From Patescibacteria group bacterium (GTDB lineage: Bacteria > Patescibacteriota > Minisyncoccia > Ryanbacterales > GWA2-47-10b), in assembly GCA_038065475.1 (NCBI GenBank), contig JBBTQY010000015.1, forward strand, positions 6,608 to 70,607: DNA of 64,000 bases, read 5' to 3'. The position numbers and the translations under genes were made by a program. Positions 28,128 to 37,714 of the stretch are shown in pieces. The notes beneath the pieces are model-generated. The model had not been told where the DNA came from, made no database searches, and saw nothing but the letters and a program-made list of their open reading frames with translations. Numbering within the stretch: position 1 is the stretch's first letter; each line of letters opens with the position of its first letter.

Positions 28128-29477
28128 TCAGAACTTGTGAGTCTCTCCAAGACGCGGAGCGCTAGCAGGTATCCCAAGATAATCTCGTATACGTTGCGAG
28201 AGAAAGAGCGCGGCTGACGGCTCACCCTGGACAACAAAAACTTTCTCGAGTGTATCAACGCTTTGCTGCACAAATTCAAGCAACATATTGGTGTCTGCGT
28301 GCGCCGAATATCCGTGAATTGAACGTACCTCGGCGTTAACAAAAACCTTATCACCCATAATATTGACCTGATGCTCGCCGTCCATAATGCGTCGCCCGAT
28401 AGAGCCCGCGCCCTGATACCCGATAAAAAGAATGATGCTATTTTTATCGTGCAAATAACGGCGCGCATGATGCAAGATACGGCCGCCCGTCATCATACCC
28501 GCACCCGCCAAAATCACTTTGGGTCCGCGTACATTATTTATTGCTCTTGATTCATCCGATGTCAGGGTACGATGCAAACCGGGAAAATCAAAAAGATCAT
28601 CCCCTCCTTTAATAATTGCTTTGGCATCAGGGCTAAAGTAACTCATGTGCTTGCGATACACGTCAGTAGCACGGATAGATAGAGGACTATCGAGATACAC
28701 CGGAATGCGTGGTACGCGCCCATGTTCCATAAGTTCGTTAAATTCATAAAGAAGCTCTTGAGTACGTTCGAGTGCAAACGCAGGGATCATCAGCGTGCCA
28801 CCGCGTTTTGCTACATCTTCAATCGCACGCTCAAGTTTTACTTTGCGCTCGCCCGTATCTTCGTGAACACGATCACCATAGGCAGACTCGATAATCATGA
28901 TATTCACCCCCACGATTGATTCGGGAGGATTGAGAAGGGGCATCGGCGTATTACCCAGGTCGCCTGTAAATAAAACTTTCTTGTCGCCAATCTCAAAGAG
29001 CATCATGGCGGAACCCAAAATATGCCCCGCCTCATACAGCGTCACGGCAACGTCGCCAACGGTAAAGCGTTGATGGTAGGGCACGCCCTCCCAAAGCTTG
29101 AGTGCACCTTCGACATCTTCCATCGCATAAAACGCCTCCTCTCCATTGCGAGACGCTTCTTTTTCTAGTACACCCAAACTATCCTCAAGCATCAGTTTAC
29201 CAAAATCTTTTGTCGGAATTGTAGAAAAAATCTTGCCGCGGAATCCATATTTAAAAAGCTTTGGGATACGCCCTGTATGATCAATATGTGCATGCGTAAC
29301 AAAAAGAGCATCGATCGTCGACGGATCATACGGAAACTCATCTACGTTACGCGCAGCACAAAAACGCGGACATTGAAACATACCGCAATCAACAAGTATG
29401 CGCGCCTTTTCTGTCTCAATAAGATAGTTGGCACCCGTCACCTCTTGGGCACCGCCACAAAAAGTAATTTTAAACAT
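28128..29477 (-). CDS. MBL-fold metallo-hydrolase with a beta-CASP domain (RNA-processing nuclease family)
   Basis: HxHxDH (VTHAHIDHTG) and beta-CASP motifs are present, including YSAHAD near the C-terminus. Confidence 0.75.
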   Translation of the reverse strand: MFKITFCGGAQEVTGANYLIETEKARILVDCGMFQCPRFCAARNVDEFPYDPSTIDALFVTHAHIDHTGRIPKLFKYGFRGKIFSTIPTKDFGKLMLEDSLGVLEKEASRNGEEAFYAMEDVEGALKLWEGVPYHQRFTVGDVAVTLYEAGHILGSAMMLFEIGDKKVLFTGDLGNTPMPLLNPPESIVGVNIMIIESAYGDRVHEDTGERKVKLERAIEDVAKRGGTLMIPAFALERTQELLYEFNELMEHGRVPRIPVYLDSPLSIRATDVYRKHMSYFSPDAKAIIKGGDDLFDFPGLHRTLTSDESRAINNVRGPKVILAGAGMMTGGRILHHARRYLHDKNSIILFIGYQGAGSIGRRIMDGEHQVNIMGDKVFVNAEVRSIHGYSAHADTNMLLEFVQQSVDTLEKVFVVQGEPSAALFLSQRIRDYLGIPASAPRLGETHKF

Positions 29478-29865
29478 TATGTTTAGTATACCGGCTCGCG
29501 AGCACGGCGACTATAGTCGCAGCGGTAACCGCAAGCGCTATATCGATAATGGTATCTAAAATCCACAACGAGTCAGCAAAACTCGCCTCCCCTACACCAA
29601 AAAATGGCACGTTGTACTGATATTCCAAAATCTCCCAGCAGAGAGCGACGATGGTTGCAAAAAAGATAACGGCAAGCGGATTTGTATAACGCACAAATAC
29701 TAAAAAAAGACAGGCGACCCATGCTCCACCCGCAAAATGCAAAACCAAATCAAGCCACCAGAAGCTATTATACCAATCACGCTCAGGAGAAATGCTCGCC
29801 ACATGCATACCTAAAATCGCTACAAGCGAGATGAGGAAAAGGGCGATGCGGAGCGCCATCGCCAT
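29470..29865 (-). CDS. Hypothetical membrane protein
   Basis: A 131-aa ORF with 3-4 hydrophobic helices. Confidence 0.4.
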   Translation of the reverse strand: MAMALRIALFLISLVAILGMHVASISPERDWYNSFWWLDLVLHFAGGAWVACLFLVFVRYTNPLAVIFFATIVALCWEILEYQYNVPFFGVGEASFADSLWILDTIIDIALAVTAATIVAVLASRYTKHNV

Positions 29866-29868
29866 ACT

Positions 29869-30459
29869 CTAGAAAGTAAGATCTTCTTCGGCGCGCCGAT
29901 ATCCATGGATTTCCTCAGGCGCAAACCAGAGAGCTATTTCGTGTGCCGCCTCTTCAGGCGTCTCTGATGCATGTACCAAGTTGTGTACTGAGCGTTTTTC
30001 GCGATTTGCAGATGCTGGAGAATCCACTGAAAAATCACCACGAATGGTGCCCATCTCAGCGTTGGACGGCATGGTATTGCCGGCGATTTTGCGTACCATA
30101 TCGATAGCATGCACGCCCTCTACGATCATTTTGACGACAGGACCTGATGACATAAAATCGAGCAACCATCCGCGTACCATAGGACCAATCTCCTCAGGCT
30201 TCTCGGTACCAAGTTCCTTGATAGGATCGTAGCCGTATTTTTTATACGTGTTGAGTGTCTTCTCGCCGATACGATTTACCCACGTTGGATCTTTGGGATA
30301 ATGCTGGTCAAATTTATCACGACCGGGCAGAACCATCTGGAGCGCAATGACTTTTAAATTACGCTGCTCAAGGCGACGGATAACCTCACCAATAAGGCCG
30401 CGCTTGACGCCATCGGGTTTTACTAAAAGAAATGTGCGCTCTTCTTTTGGATGATTCAT
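29869..30459 (-). CDS. ndk: Nucleoside diphosphate kinase (with an insertion of about 45 aa)
   Basis: It begins ERTFLLVKPDGVKRGLIGEVIRRLE...NLVHASE. At 196 aa it is longer than the usual 140-150 aa. Confidence 0.85.
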   Translation of the reverse strand: MNHPKEERTFLLVKPDGVKRGLIGEVIRRLEQRNLKVIALQMVLPGRDKFDQHYPKDPTWVNRIGEKTLNTYKKYGYDPIKELGTEKPEEIGPMVRGWLLDFMSSGPVVKMIVEGVHAIDMVRKIAGNTMPSNAEMGTIRGDFSVDSPASANREKRSVHNLVHASETPEEAAHEIALWFAPEEIHGYRRAEEDLTF

Positions 30460-30513
30460 GGGTTTAAATACACTATGGTATTAGTATCAAGCGTAGCACA
30501 CAGGGAAGGATTT

Positions 30514-31365
30514 TCAAGAACACTGCTGCCACCCCCTTCCATCACTGATAAAACAAAGACGGCCATCTCTATCCGTACGAAACAGCTCTGCACCAACCTT
30601 CAAAATGCGATCGAGCGCCTCCTTGTGCGGGTGACCATATCGATTACTCTCCCCCGCCGACACAACAGCAACCTTGGGGTTCACGCGCTCCAAAAATAAA
30701 TCTGTCGAAGAATTTTTTGACCCGTGATGTGCCACTTTCAAAATATCACTTTGTAGATTTATACCAGAAAGTGCCAAACGAACCTCGTCATCACGCTCGA
30801 TATCTCCGGCCAGAAGTATTTCGTCCTCGCCGTACACTAAACGTGAGACGATCATAACGTCGTTTGCTTTTGATTGAGGTTGATCGCGCTCGCCGCTAGC
30901 GGGCCCCAGAATGTCAATAAAAGCACCGCCGCCCAATATCAATCGATCTCCCGCAGTGGCTACGTGTCGCCCAGCTTCCTCATCAGCTATCAATGCACGT
31001 AGCTCGCGCCATATCGCTGTGTCAGCAACTATGCCATTTTCTATTACCGTACCGACATCATATCTGCGCAACACTTCAGTAAGTCCGCCGATATGATCAG
31101 CATCGGTATGTGTCGCCATTACCATGTCAATCTGCCGATCGTAGAGTGGCATGACTGCAGCAAGCTCGCCGAGTACACGCGCGCCTGCACCACCATCGAT
31201 AAGTACCTGCGCGCCAGAAGGAGTCTCGATAAATATTGCATCGCCCTGGCCAACATTTAAAAACACGACTTTTAGCTTATGCTCCGACTCTGCAAAAACA
31301 ACATACCACGCAAACACTGCGACAGTGACTAAGATAATTAAAATAAAACCTTTCTGACGCTCCAT
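30514..31365 (-). CDS. comEC: ComEC/Rec2 C-terminal MBL-fold (beta-lactamase-like) domain protein. It is either a separate ORF or the frameshifted 3' part of comEC.
   Basis: It contains VVFLNVGQGDAIFIETPSGAQVLIDGG...THTDADHIGGL...KVAHHGSKNSS. The start was chosen at MERQKG (31365), 4 nt downstream of the stop codon of the upstream comEC membrane domain and in a different frame. Confidence 0.6.
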   Translation of the reverse strand: MERQKGFILIILVTVAVFAWYVVFAESEHKLKVVFLNVGQGDAIFIETPSGAQVLIDGGAGARVLGELAAVMPLYDRQIDMVMATHTDADHIGGLTEVLRRYDVGTVIENGIVADTAIWRELRALIADEEAGRHVATAGDRLILGGGAFIDILGPASGERDQPQSKANDVMIVSRLVYGEDEILLAGDIERDDEVRLALSGINLQSDILKVAHHGSKNSSTDLFLERVNPKVAVVSAGESNRYGHPHKEALDRILKVGAELFRTDRDGRLCFISDGRGWQQCS

Positions 31366-31369
31366 ACTA

Positions 31370-32443
31370 TCAGTATAACCGAGCAAACCACTCGACAATA
31401 AAAAGTTGATACCAAAGAATAAGCATGGCGGGAAGACTAACAAACGTTGATACACTACTAGCAAATATACCGACTGCCCCCGCGACAAACGCGCACGCCA
31501 TCGCAATTGGCATGGTTACAATAATCAAAATATTCGCTGGTATGGAAACGATGGACGGCAACCCAAAATAAAAAACGATAAATGGCAACGTGGCAATTTG
31601 TGCCGATAACGTAGTCGAGAGCGCCTCACGTATACCAAAACGCTTTGGTATAAATAGAAATATTCTATCAAAGCGTGGCACCAAAAATATAATACCAGCA
31701 GTAGCCGCAACAGAGAGCTGAAACCCTATATCACCGAAAAGAATACTCGGCTCCCAAAAAAGCATAGCAACCACCGCATACAAAAGCGCACGCCCCGCCA
31801 TATAGTGATGCCCGGCACGACGCACAACCAATACTAAAACACCCATAAGTGCAGCCCGTACCAGCGAGCTTGCAGCTCCCGTAGCAATAACAAAAAAGGC
31901 AATACCAAGTGCTGGCAGGGCGATGCCACGCGAAAGCGATCCAAGATATTCGGCAATGACCGTCACGTTGTACCCTGAGAGTGCTGTCAGGTGTGATGTG
32001 CCCGTCCTACGAAACGCTTGGCGTAATTCGTATGACATACCTTGGCGATCACCCAGCAAAATACCTTTTGCATATGATGCCTCGGGCTCCCGGAGCGCCG
32101 TATCAAGGCCGCCAGCAAAAAGATTGCGCACATATTCGAGTGGCGGCGCTATATGCCTAAAGAAAGAAAACGTTAATGCTTCCCCATCTGCTCGTACAAT
32201 GCCAAAAAGAAAAAATCCCAACACCAACGCTACAACAAATATTTTGCGCGAGAAAAATGCGCCCGCAATACACACACCAAGACCGATGCTGAGCGCTATA
32301 AAAAAGACGCTCGATATGAACGTCCCGAGATCCAAAGCCATACCTGCGATAAACGCAAACGCACTCCACAGCACGACATCGCGCCTCGCAAGATACTCAC
32401 CGAGAGAAATATTTGTATTATTTGTGAGATCTTTGGAGTACAT
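31370..32443 (-). CDS. comEC: ComEC/Rec2 competence protein, membrane (competence) domain
   Basis: A polytopic membrane protein carrying the ComEC competence-domain segment (...TGTSHLTALSGYNVTVIAEYL...AALMGVLVLVVRRAG...). Confidence 0.6.
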   Translation of the reverse strand: MYSKDLTNNTNISLGEYLARRDVVLWSAFAFIAGMALDLGTFISSVFFIALSIGLGVCIAGAFFSRKIFVVALVLGFFLFGIVRADGEALTFSFFRHIAPPLEYVRNLFAGGLDTALREPEASYAKGILLGDRQGMSYELRQAFRRTGTSHLTALSGYNVTVIAEYLGSLSRGIALPALGIAFFVIATGAASSLVRAALMGVLVLVVRRAGHHYMAGRALLYAVVAMLFWEPSILFGDIGFQLSVAATAGIIFLVPRFDRIFLFIPKRFGIREALSTTLSAQIATLPFIVFYFGLPSIVSIPANILIIVTMPIAMACAFVAGAVGIFASSVSTFVSLPAMLILWYQLFIVEWFARLY

Positions 32444-32509
32444 CTGTATATTTCAAATCAGTTCTCCAACCAATCTCATCAAATAGTACGGATATTTCTT
32501 TGTAAGATT

Positions 32510-32950
32510 TTATAGTAGGGATTTTTGTGTACCTCGATCAAGTGCCTCGTTGACCATGCGGTCAGCATCTTTGTTTCTCTCGCGCGGCACGTGTACAAAT
32601 GATACTTCGCCAAAATCAATCATCAAATTCCATACCTTCAAAAAAAGAGGTACGATATTTTCATTTTCTACTTTATATTCGTGATTGAGTTGGCGACATG
32701 CAAGTTCTGAATCCATGCGTATCTCCATCTGCATAGTTTTTGTTTTATCCTTTCCAAAAAGCTGTTTTGCCTTTTTGAGTGCATAGATAATCGCCTCATA
32801 TTCAGCTTCATTGTTTGTTCGCACACCAAGCGGCTCGCCATATTGTTTGGTCACATGACCTTTCTCATCGACAAATGCAACCCCAAGTGCCGCGGGTCCC
32901 GGATTGCCCCGCGATCCCCCATCGGTATAGGCGATAATTTTTTGATTCAT
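32510..32950 (-). CDS. rnhA: Ribonuclease HI
   Basis: The N-terminus IAYTDGGSRGNPGPAALGV and the TNNEAEYEA and DADRMVNEALD motifs (DEDD catalytic residues) are present. Confidence 0.85.
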   Translation of the reverse strand: MNQKIIAYTDGGSRGNPGPAALGVAFVDEKGHVTKQYGEPLGVRTNNEAEYEAIIYALKKAKQLFGKDKTKTMQMEIRMDSELACRQLNHEYKVENENIVPLFLKVWNLMIDFGEVSFVHVPRERNKDADRMVNEALDRGTQKSLL

Positions 32951-32951
32951 T

Positions 32952-33797
32952 TTATTTTACTATTTGAGAACAATCAAAATTCGAGTTATCACCATTTAAC
33001 GAGATCTCTTGCGAATGACCAAGATGATCGACACACCAGTTTTTATCAACAGGCATATATCCTCTAATCATCCATTGACTACCATCTAGAGAAGAGGTGT
33101 GAATATATTGGCCTTTTGCAAGTTTTGTCTCTTCAAAACAAGGATGATTGGGTAATTTAATCAAATGATCTTTTTCTTTACTCAATTCTTTACTCAGTTC
33201 TTGCCAGCGCTCTATTACGCCAGTGCTACTAATTTTGGGATACATCCCAAATGAATCATGATAAAGCTCCATGTACGAACGGAAACCAGACATGTTAGCT
33301 TTAATTGAACTAGACACAGACTTTGACCTCCCAGTATTAACTGCGAATGAAACAAAGATACCGGCAGTTATTGTAGCTAAAATATAAACCAGAATAAGAT
33401 ATATCACGCGTGTATAAATGTCGCGCTCCTGTTTGTCGGCCTTCGATCGATGGACAATACTCACTATTAAAATAAGCATTGGAATAAATAGGATAAAAAA
33501 ACCAACACCTTGTTCGATATAAGGCCATGCTTTAGTTATTCCGTCTACCGAAAGTAAATCTGGCGGACAGACAAACGGCGCAGGTTTATAGAAATTATTT
33601 GCGGTAACTGAGAAAAGTATCGCAATTAATACAACAACAAAAGGAAACAAAGCGGTAAATATAAAAAATCTTTTCGCTTGCTTATCGGCACTTTCCTTAT
33701 AAAAAGCTTTTTTGGGCACATCAAATACAAGCGATGTATACCACGCCAAAAGACTCACCTCTATTACGATGAAAAGCGCGAGAAAGAAAAGTGCCAT
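32952..33797 (-). CDS. Hypothetical membrane protein
   Basis: About 5 transmembrane helices followed by a C-terminal soluble domain. The start was chosen at MALFFLALFIV, immediately after the upstream stop codon. Confidence 0.35.
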   Translation of the reverse strand: MALFFLALFIVIEVSLLAWYTSLVFDVPKKAFYKESADKQAKRFFIFTALFPFVVVLIAILFSVTANNFYKPAPFVCPPDLLSVDGITKAWPYIEQGVGFFILFIPMLILIVSIVHRSKADKQERDIYTRVIYLILVYILATITAGIFVSFAVNTGRSKSVSSSIKANMSGFRSYMELYHDSFGMYPKISSTGVIERWQELSKELSKEKDHLIKLPNHPCFEETKLAKGQYIHTSSLDGSQWMIRGYMPVDKNWCVDHLGHSQEISLNGDNSNFDCSQIVK

Positions 33798-33799
33798 TT

Positions 33800-34585
33800 T
33801 TAGCTTAAATACCCCACCTGCCGCAACCAATAATTATTCTCCCACTCCCAAAGGGTTTTGGCAGCGTTAAATGCTTTCATGTCATTGAAATAGTACGGAA
33901 ACTCGCGCATCTCGACGACGCCCTCTACCTTACCCCAATCATGCTGGTCTTCCTGGCACGTCTTTTTGCCATTGGGGCGGATTTTTGCGCGACCGCCTTT
34001 CTCGCGCAACTTTGATCCACACAGCGTACATACTTTATGCTGATCAATACGCAAGATCCACCGCGTCTCGATCTGACGTGGGAGTTTGAGTGCCAACTTC
34101 ACCTCATACTCTTGAAGCGCCTGTACATAGGCTGCTGTCTGCAAATTGTATTCAGGATAAAAACCAGTAGACGTTTTGATATCGAGTACACCAAACTTGC
34201 CATCTACCTCGGCGAGCGCATCTACCGTACCCGCATAGCGCTGACGGCCTGACCAAACTTGTTGCTCGATATATTCAGGATGAAAAAATATTTTGCGCTC
34301 GTCGTTGAACTCACAAAAAGCTTCGACTGCGGGTGCGATTTCCGCAGGTATATCTGTTTTTTCGCCTATGGCAATCTTTTGCACAGTCTCGTGTACGAGT
34401 GTCCCCTCGAGAGCTGACTTTTCTTTGACAGCTTCAGCTGCCTCAAAACTACCCATCTCACGGAAAAAGTTTTGGAGCGCTGGTTTTGATTTAACCTCGA
34501 GTATTTTTGTCACACGCGGATACCACCGCCCCCCTATCTCGTAGCCGTTTTTTTCTTTAAAATCGTTGCCATCAATATGCCGCAT
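33800..34585 (-). CDS. PD-(D/E)XK nuclease family protein (RecB/Cas4-like motifs plus 4 Cys)
   Basis: Motif II GTVDAL, motif III VLDIKTS (D/E-x-K) and QTAAY (QxxxY) are present. The cysteines are arranged FCEF ... C-x2-C ... C. There is no CRISPR context. Confidence 0.5.
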   Translation of the reverse strand: MRHIDGNDFKEKNGYEIGGRWYPRVTKILEVKSKPALQNFFREMGSFEAAEAVKEKSALEGTLVHETVQKIAIGEKTDIPAEIAPAVEAFCEFNDERKIFFHPEYIEQQVWSGRQRYAGTVDALAEVDGKFGVLDIKTSTGFYPEYNLQTAAYVQALQEYEVKLALKLPRQIETRWILRIDQHKVCTLCGSKLREKGGRAKIRPNGKKTCQEDQHDWGKVEGVVEMREFPYYFNDMKAFNAAKTLWEWENNYWLRQVGYLS

Positions 34586-34597
34586 TTGGACAGTATA

Positions 34598-34804
34598 TCA
34601 TTCTCGCTCCACGGTGGGAACGGAAACCGTTGCCATCGGCAACGGAGTGGCCCTTTGTTCGCTTATTGGTTGTTCAAGGTACCGCGCATCTTCTTCTATG
34701 AGATAAACTTGCGCCGCATAGTAGACAACAAGCAAAACAATGAACGCAACGAGCATAAAATAAAGAAACCAACGATTGGGATGAAGAGGTTTGAGCAAAA
34801 TCAT
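34598..34804 (-). CDS. Small hypothetical membrane protein
   Basis: A 68-aa ORF with one hydrophobic helix, sitting between pgk and the nuclease gene. Confidence 0.2.
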   Translation of the reverse strand: MILLKPLHPNRWFLYFMLVAFIVLLVVYYAAQVYLIEEDARYLEQPISEQRATPLPMATVSVPTVERE

Positions 34805-34816
34805 ATATTTAGTATT

Positions 34817-35956
34817 TCATAGGTTCTTATTTTTGCGAAGAGCATCAATGCCTGGCAAGGTACCATCAGCCAAAAAATCGAGCATAGCACCACCTCCGGT
34901 AGAAACATGAAAGAAACTCTTACCAATCTTCATCTCATCGAGCACTTCGAGCGTATCCCCACCACCAATGATCACCTTGCCTTTTGCGCGCGCAAGCAGA
35001 CGCAAAAGATCGCGCGTCCCCTGATCATGCCCGCCCTCTAAATAACCGAGTGGGCCGTTCCACAAAATAGTTTTGGCGGTACGCACAATATCACCAAGTA
35101 CCGCGATGGTCTGGGGGCCAATATCATAAATAGAGTCGCCCTTCCCTACCTCAAAAGCACTCTCGACCCTGCCCTTGTCTCCAAGTCGCACATCGAATGG
35201 CAACATAATCTTTTTTGAAAGTAAAAAATGTTTTTTGATATCGGGCAAGGCTTTTTTCTCATATAAAGATTTGCCGACCTCAAGATCATGTGCGGCAAGA
35301 AAGGTATTGGCAAGTACGCCGCCGACAAATACTGCATCAGCTCGCGGTACAAATTTTTTGAGAAGTGCAAATTTAGTTTCAAATTTTGCGCCACCAATAA
35401 TAACCAAAAATGGTTTTTGGGGATGAAGGGCGTGTGCCAGGCGTTCTACCTCGCGCCGAAAAAGTGGTCCCGCGTATGACGGCACATATCGCGTCACACC
35501 TACGATTGATGCATGATCACGATGAGAGACACTAAATGCTTCGTTGATATAGATATCACTAAATGAAGCAAGCAGCTTCGCAAAGGCTGGATTGTTTTTT
35601 TCTTCCCCTTTGTGAAAACGGATATTTTCCAGCAGTATAGTGCTCTTTGCAGCGGCACTGCGTATTCGGCTCGCATCATATGAATCATCAAACGCTAGGG
35701 GTACGCCAAGCATTTTGCCAATCACGCGAGAAAGTGGGCGAAGCGAAAGCTGACGTTTTTTTTCATTTTCAATGTGCGCTGCGAGTACAACCTGCGCACC
35801 GCGAGACCGCAATAGCTTAATCGTGGGTGCCGTATGGCGAATACGAAAACTGTCTTTGATGCGGCCGCGCATGAGCGGCTCATTGAAATCAACGCGTACA
35901 AGCACCGTCTTGCCTCGAAGGTTCTTGGGAATGTCTACGAAGTGGTACGAGCGCAT
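34817..35956 (-). CDS. pgk: Phosphoglycerate kinase
   Basis: The N-terminus VLVRVDFNEPL is canonical for PGK, and the domains span the full length. Confidence 0.9.
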   Translation of the reverse strand: MRSYHFVDIPKNLRGKTVLVRVDFNEPLMRGRIKDSFRIRHTAPTIKLLRSRGAQVVLAAHIENEKKRQLSLRPLSRVIGKMLGVPLAFDDSYDASRIRSAAAKSTILLENIRFHKGEEKNNPAFAKLLASFSDIYINEAFSVSHRDHASIVGVTRYVPSYAGPLFRREVERLAHALHPQKPFLVIIGGAKFETKFALLKKFVPRADAVFVGGVLANTFLAAHDLEVGKSLYEKKALPDIKKHFLLSKKIMLPFDVRLGDKGRVESAFEVGKGDSIYDIGPQTIAVLGDIVRTAKTILWNGPLGYLEGGHDQGTRDLLRLLARAKGKVIIGGGDTLEVLDEMKIGKSFFHVSTGGGAMLDFLADGTLPGIDALRKNKNL

Positions 35957-36687
35957 TGGACAATAGCAATAAATGACTTGGGGTTAAGACTCTCGCGACC
36001 CACCAACAATCCGGCAACATCGCGCTCGCGCAAAAAATCAGCAGCATTATCGGGAGCGGTCGAGCCGCCATAGATAACACGGAGTGATTTGGCGCGGGTG
36101 GAACCGAAACGAGCGGCGACTGTTTTTTTAATAAAGAGCGCTGCCTCTGCTGCGTCCTTGGGCGTAGCGGGTTTGTGTCCTGCGCCGATAGCCCAAAGCG
36201 GCTCGTAGGCAACGACGACGCGGCCTATTTCTGATTGTTTAACCGATGCGAGCGAATGCTCAAGCTGAGCTCGAATAACTGAAAAGAAGACTCCATCAGC
36301 GTCACGACGCTCCTCCCCCACGCATACGATAGGAGTGAGTTTGGAATCGAGTGCTCGTCGAACTTTTTTTGCGACAATCTCGTCAGTCTCGTGCATACGT
36401 CTCCGCTCCGAATGACCGACGATCACATACTCTGCGCCAAACGTTTTAAGCATTAACCCTGAGACTTCACCAGTGTAGGCTCCTTCCTTTTCCCAAAAAA
36501 TATCTTGAGCGCCAAGCGCATAGGCGCTAGAACGCGAGAAGAGTGCCAAATAGGGAAAGGGTGGCGCCACCACAACATCAGCATACTTCAATGCAGCACG
36601 CGCACGAGCGAGGGCAGCTAAAAAACGCTGTACTGATGTTTTGTCGTTTGGGTTCATCTTCCAATTGGCTACGATGAGTTTTTTCAT
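35935..36687 (-). CDS. tpiA: Triosephosphate isomerase
   Basis: ANWKMN, VVGHSERR and IAYEPLWAIG motifs are present. Confidence 0.9.
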   Translation of the reverse strand: MKKLIVANWKMNPNDKTSVQRFLAALARARAALKYADVVVAPPFPYLALFSRSSAYALGAQDIFWEKEGAYTGEVSGLMLKTFGAEYVIVGHSERRRMHETDEIVAKKVRRALDSKLTPIVCVGEERRDADGVFFSVIRAQLEHSLASVKQSEIGRVVVAYEPLWAIGAGHKPATPKDAAEAALFIKKTVAARFGSTRAKSLRVIYGGSTAPDNAADFLRERDVAGLLVGRESLNPKSFIAIVQCARTTS

Positions 36688-36688
36688 A

Positions 36689-37708
36689 TTATTGCGCTCC
36701 CCTTAAATATTCCGCCGCTGCCTCGGGCGCTACTTCAATTACGCGAATACCGGCACCGTGCTCGACACCGCCAAAGATTGAAGTCTTGGGTTCAATTTCT
36801 AAATGCCAATGGTAATAGCGATAATCTTGTTTGTCGACGGGAGCAGTATGAATAAAGAAATTGTACGGTACATTGCCAATCACTTTCTTGAGGCGACGCA
36901 GGGCAGCCGTTAACGCATCGGCAAGATATAAACGCTGCTCGGGTGTTATTTCTTCAAAATGTGATCCGTGGTCTCGCGGGAAAATACGCAACTCAAAAGA
37001 TGCGCTTGGCGCATACGGAACGACGATGACAAACTCTTTGTTGTGATAGACAAGTCGCTCCCCCGAGATTTCGTCTGCCGCAATAATTTCACAGTGCACG
37101 CACGTCGCCTTCTTTTCAAACCACGCGCGCGATCCGTTGACAGACTGGCGCACATCATGTGGTACGAATGGCAATGCTAAAATTTGCGAATGCGGGTGCC
37201 AAATCGAGGCGCCTGAGGCCGCACCATGATTATGAAACACAAGCACATAATCGAGGCAATCCTCATCTTTGTGCGCCAAGATTCTGTCTTGGTATGCACG
37301 TATGATAAGCTCTGCCTCCTCTGGTTTCATGTCTGCCAAAAAAGTATTGTGCCCTCGCGGGATTACTACCTCATGAAAACCGACTGCTGCCATCATGCGC
37401 GCCAAACCCTCACCTGGCGGCGTGGGGCAAACGCCTTTATGTTTAGTAACAAACGGATATTTATTTGGGATTACTTGGAGTGACCAAGTTTTTGCAAGTG
37501 GTCCTTTGCCGCGAGCGCCTTCTGCCGTATACCATTCAAGCGGTTCACCATTGCCTGCTTTTTGTGGATCTTCAAATGGACAATCTTTTTTGGGTGTTGC
37601 CTTGCCGATATCAATTTTGAACTGATTGGGTCTGCGTGCGCGGGCGGGTGCTACAAGAACCCAATCTCCGCTCACAGGGTTTTGTCGAAGCTCTGGTCCC
37701 TGATTCAT
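36689..37708 (-). CDS. galT: Galactose-1-phosphate uridylyltransferase-like HIT-family nucleotidyltransferase (GalT / ADP-glucose phosphorylase family)
   Basis: A tandem half-HIT architecture with the CPFC and HPHSQI (HxHxQ) motifs. Confidence 0.7.
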   Translation of the reverse strand: MNQGPELRQNPVSGDWVLVAPARARRPNQFKIDIGKATPKKDCPFEDPQKAGNGEPLEWYTAEGARGKGPLAKTWSLQVIPNKYPFVTKHKGVCPTPPGEGLARMMAAVGFHEVVIPRGHNTFLADMKPEEAELIIRAYQDRILAHKDEDCLDYVLVFHNHGAASGASIWHPHSQILALPFVPHDVRQSVNGSRAWFEKKATCVHCEIIAADEISGERLVYHNKEFVIVVPYAPSASFELRIFPRDHGSHFEEITPEQRLYLADALTAALRRLKKVIGNVPYNFFIHTAPVDKQDYRYYHWHLEIEPKTSIFGGVEHGAGIRVIEVAPEAAAEYLRGAQ

Positions 37709-37714
37709 AAATAT

